Of a stretch of 35,839 bases of DNA, positions 34,337-35,839 are shown piece after piece (the first letter of the stretch is position 1; each line of letters starts with the position of its first letter). The notes beneath the pieces were generated by a model that did no database searches, was not told the DNA's origin, and saw only the letters and a program-made list of their open reading frames with translations. Made by a program: the position numbers and the translations under genes. The stretch comes from Deltaproteobacteria bacterium (GTDB taxonomy: Bacteria; Desulfobacterota; GWC2-55-46; DRQE01): assembly GCA_023134165.1 (NCBI GenBank), contig JAGLUZ010000018.1, positions 1 to 35,839 on the forward strand. The letters run 5' to 3'.

Positions 34337-35839
34337 ATGAAAAATGAGCCGAACTTTAAAAAAATAATACACTCGAAGCACACCCCTGTCATTATAGTAA
34401 TAATCATCTCCTTCGGGGTATATTATAATGCCCTCTTCAACGGATTTGTCTATGACGACAAGCTACTAATACTTGAAAACCCTTGGATAACTAATATACG
34501 CTATATTCCCGATATCTTGTTCTCACCTGTCTTATCATTTTCACCAAAGTTTGTGCATCACCCCCAGAATTACTATCGTCCCATGACGCATTTAATCTAT
34601 ATGTTTGATTATCATATCTTTGGCCTTAAACCGTGGGGCTTCCATCTAACTAATATTGTTTTTCATGTCATGAACTCTCTGCTTGTCTTTTTAATAACCT
34701 CCTCGCTTGTTAAGTGCAATACGGCAAAGCTAACGGCATTTATCGCTGCCCTGCTCTTCGCAACGCACCCAATCCACACCGAGGCCGTAACGATGGTTTC
34801 AAATACTCCTGGAGTCTCTTTCACCTTCTTCTATCTCCTTTCTTTTTATCTTTTTATAAAATCGGATGCTCCTAGTAACAGACTACACCTCCTCTCTCTT
34901 TTATCTTTTTTCCTTGCCATATTTTGCAAGGAGACAGCCTTAACGCTTCCACTCTTGCTTTTGATTTATGATTACAGTATAAGAAAAAACGAAATATTTA
35001 CTTGGAGCAGAGTGAAAATATATCTGCCGTATCTACTGATAGTAGGGTTCTATGTGGGGCTTAGAGTATATGCTCTTGGTGGAATCGCTCCGCGCGAAGG
35101 AGTACACGGACTAACGCCTTTTCAAAACTTTATAAACGTATTTCCCCTCTTTTCACATTACCTTTACAAGCTTGTCCTGCCTTTAAACCTCCATGTTTTT
35201 TACAGCTTTCTTCCAGCCAACTCCATATTTGAATCTAAGGTTATAACTTCTATAGGCGTAGCTTTAGCATTTTGTTATTTAACATACATAGCCGGAAAAA
35301 CCAAATCCAAGTCATTCATCGGCCTTTTACTTATATTTATTCCACTTCTTCCTGTTCTCTATATCCCAGGGCTTTCAGAGAGTGTATTCAATGAGCGTTT
35401 TTTATATCTCCCTTCAGTAGGGTTTGTCATTCTCCTCTCGCTCGGAGTTATCAGAATTATAAAATTTTCAAACCGCAAACATACGATAGCTACACTTACG
35501 ATTATAACGGTCTTAATATTAACATCTTATTCTTTGGCAACGATAAAAAGGAATCAAGACTGGTTTAGCGGATACACCCTCTGGACCGATACTATTAAAA
35601 AAGCGCCAAACAGTGCTGTGGCTCACAACAACCTCGGTAATATTTACCTTGAGAGCGGGCTTACGGACAAAGCCATTAAAGAATATATGGAAGCTCTTAG
35701 GATAAAACCTGCTTACGAGGAAGCGACATACAACCTTGCAACTCTTTATCATCAAAGAGGCATGCTAGATGAGGCAATCCCTCTCTACGAAAGAGCGATC
35801 AAACTCGACCCTCTTTATTTCAGTGCCCACTCAAACCTT
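34337..35839 (+). CDS. GT-C-fold membrane glycosyltransferase with C-terminal TPR repeats (PMT_2/TMTC-like). The C-terminus runs off the right edge.
   Basis: Missing from the ORF track because it has no stop inside the window. Translation from ATG 34337 is open for 501 codons: MKNEPNFKKIIHSKHTPVIIVIIISFGVYYNALFNGFVYDDKLLILENP... The acidic DD motif in the first loop is typical of GT-C enzymes. About 10 hydrophobic segments follow, then TPRs (AHNNLGNIYLESGLTDKAIKEYMEALRIKPAYEEATYNLATLYHQRG...). Confidence 0.75.
   Translation, partial: MKNEPNFKKIIHSKHTPVIIVIIISFGVYYNALFNGFVYDDKLLILENPWITNIRYIPDILFSPVLSFSPKFVHHPQNYYRPMTHLIYMFDYHIFGLKPWGFHLTNIVFHVMNSLLVFLITSSLVKCNTAKLTAFIAALLFATHPIHTEAVTMVSNTPGVSFTFFYLLSFYLFIKSDAPSNRLHLLSLLSFFLAIFCKETALTLPLLLLIYDYSIRKNEIFTWSRVKIYLPYLLIVGFYVGLRVYALGGIAPREGVHGLTPFQNFINVFPLFSHYLYKLVLPLNLHVFYSFLPANSIFESKVITSIGVALAFCYLTYIAGKTKSKSFIGLLLIFIPLLPVLYIPGLSESVFNERFLYLPSVGFVILLSLGVIRIIKFSNRKHTIATLTIITVLILTSYSLATIKRNQDWFSGYTLWTDTIKKAPNSAVAHNNLGNIYLESGLTDKAIKEYMEALRIKPAYEEATYNLATLYHQRGMLDEAIPLYERAIKLDPLYFSAHSNL

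Overview
The window reads as a chromosomal segment of a diderm (Gram-negative-type) bacterium. Evidence for this is SurA-like and LolB-like proteins and several lipobox lipoproteins. Hand counts of single 60-nt lines give about 42-52% GC in housekeeping genes. I support about 30 protein genes and one tRNA. From left to right: (1) a partial SulP/STAS anion permease, tRNA-Phe(GAA), a LolB/DUF4292-like lipoprotein translationally coupled to a 593-aa TPR lipoprotein, a 91-aa orphan ORF, trxA, a TlpA-like periplasmic thiol-disulfide oxidoreductase, a small secreted protein, rpe and sixA. (2) A 10.5-kb cluster on the minus strand for a fucose/6-deoxyhexose glycan: NDP-sugar dehydrogenase, gmd, a short RmlC-like cupin, two FkbM methyltransferases, a GT11 alpha-1,2-fucosyltransferase, fcl, GT4, GT2 and manC. 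Its composition is clearly patchy. (3) A secreted protein and a membrane protein of unknown function, followed by uvrA, pdxA, a SurA-like protein, a parvulin lipoprotein, a membrane protein with an acidic tail, and mfd. (4) A single-polypeptide Type IIG restriction-modification enzyme of 963 aa (nuclease + N6-adenine methyltransferase + TRD). Its C-terminal third is a sharply AT-rich cassette. (5) A partial GT-C/TMTC-like membrane glycosyltransferase with C-terminal TPRs. I found no rRNA, CRISPR array, transposase, integrase or prophage genes. Five genes seem to start with TTG: manC, GT4, the dehydrogenase, the 252-aa membrane protein and the RM enzyme. I do not see convincing evidence for an entirely new multi-gene system. 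The best candidates for follow-up are the mosaic Type IIG enzyme, the methylated-fucose glycan cluster with its stand-alone epimerase, the phased direct repeats fused to a promoter at 4.6 kb, and a recurring leaderless-type promoter layout at uvrA, mfd, the orphan ORF and the GT-C gene. All functional calls come from motif recognition by eye. No database search was run.
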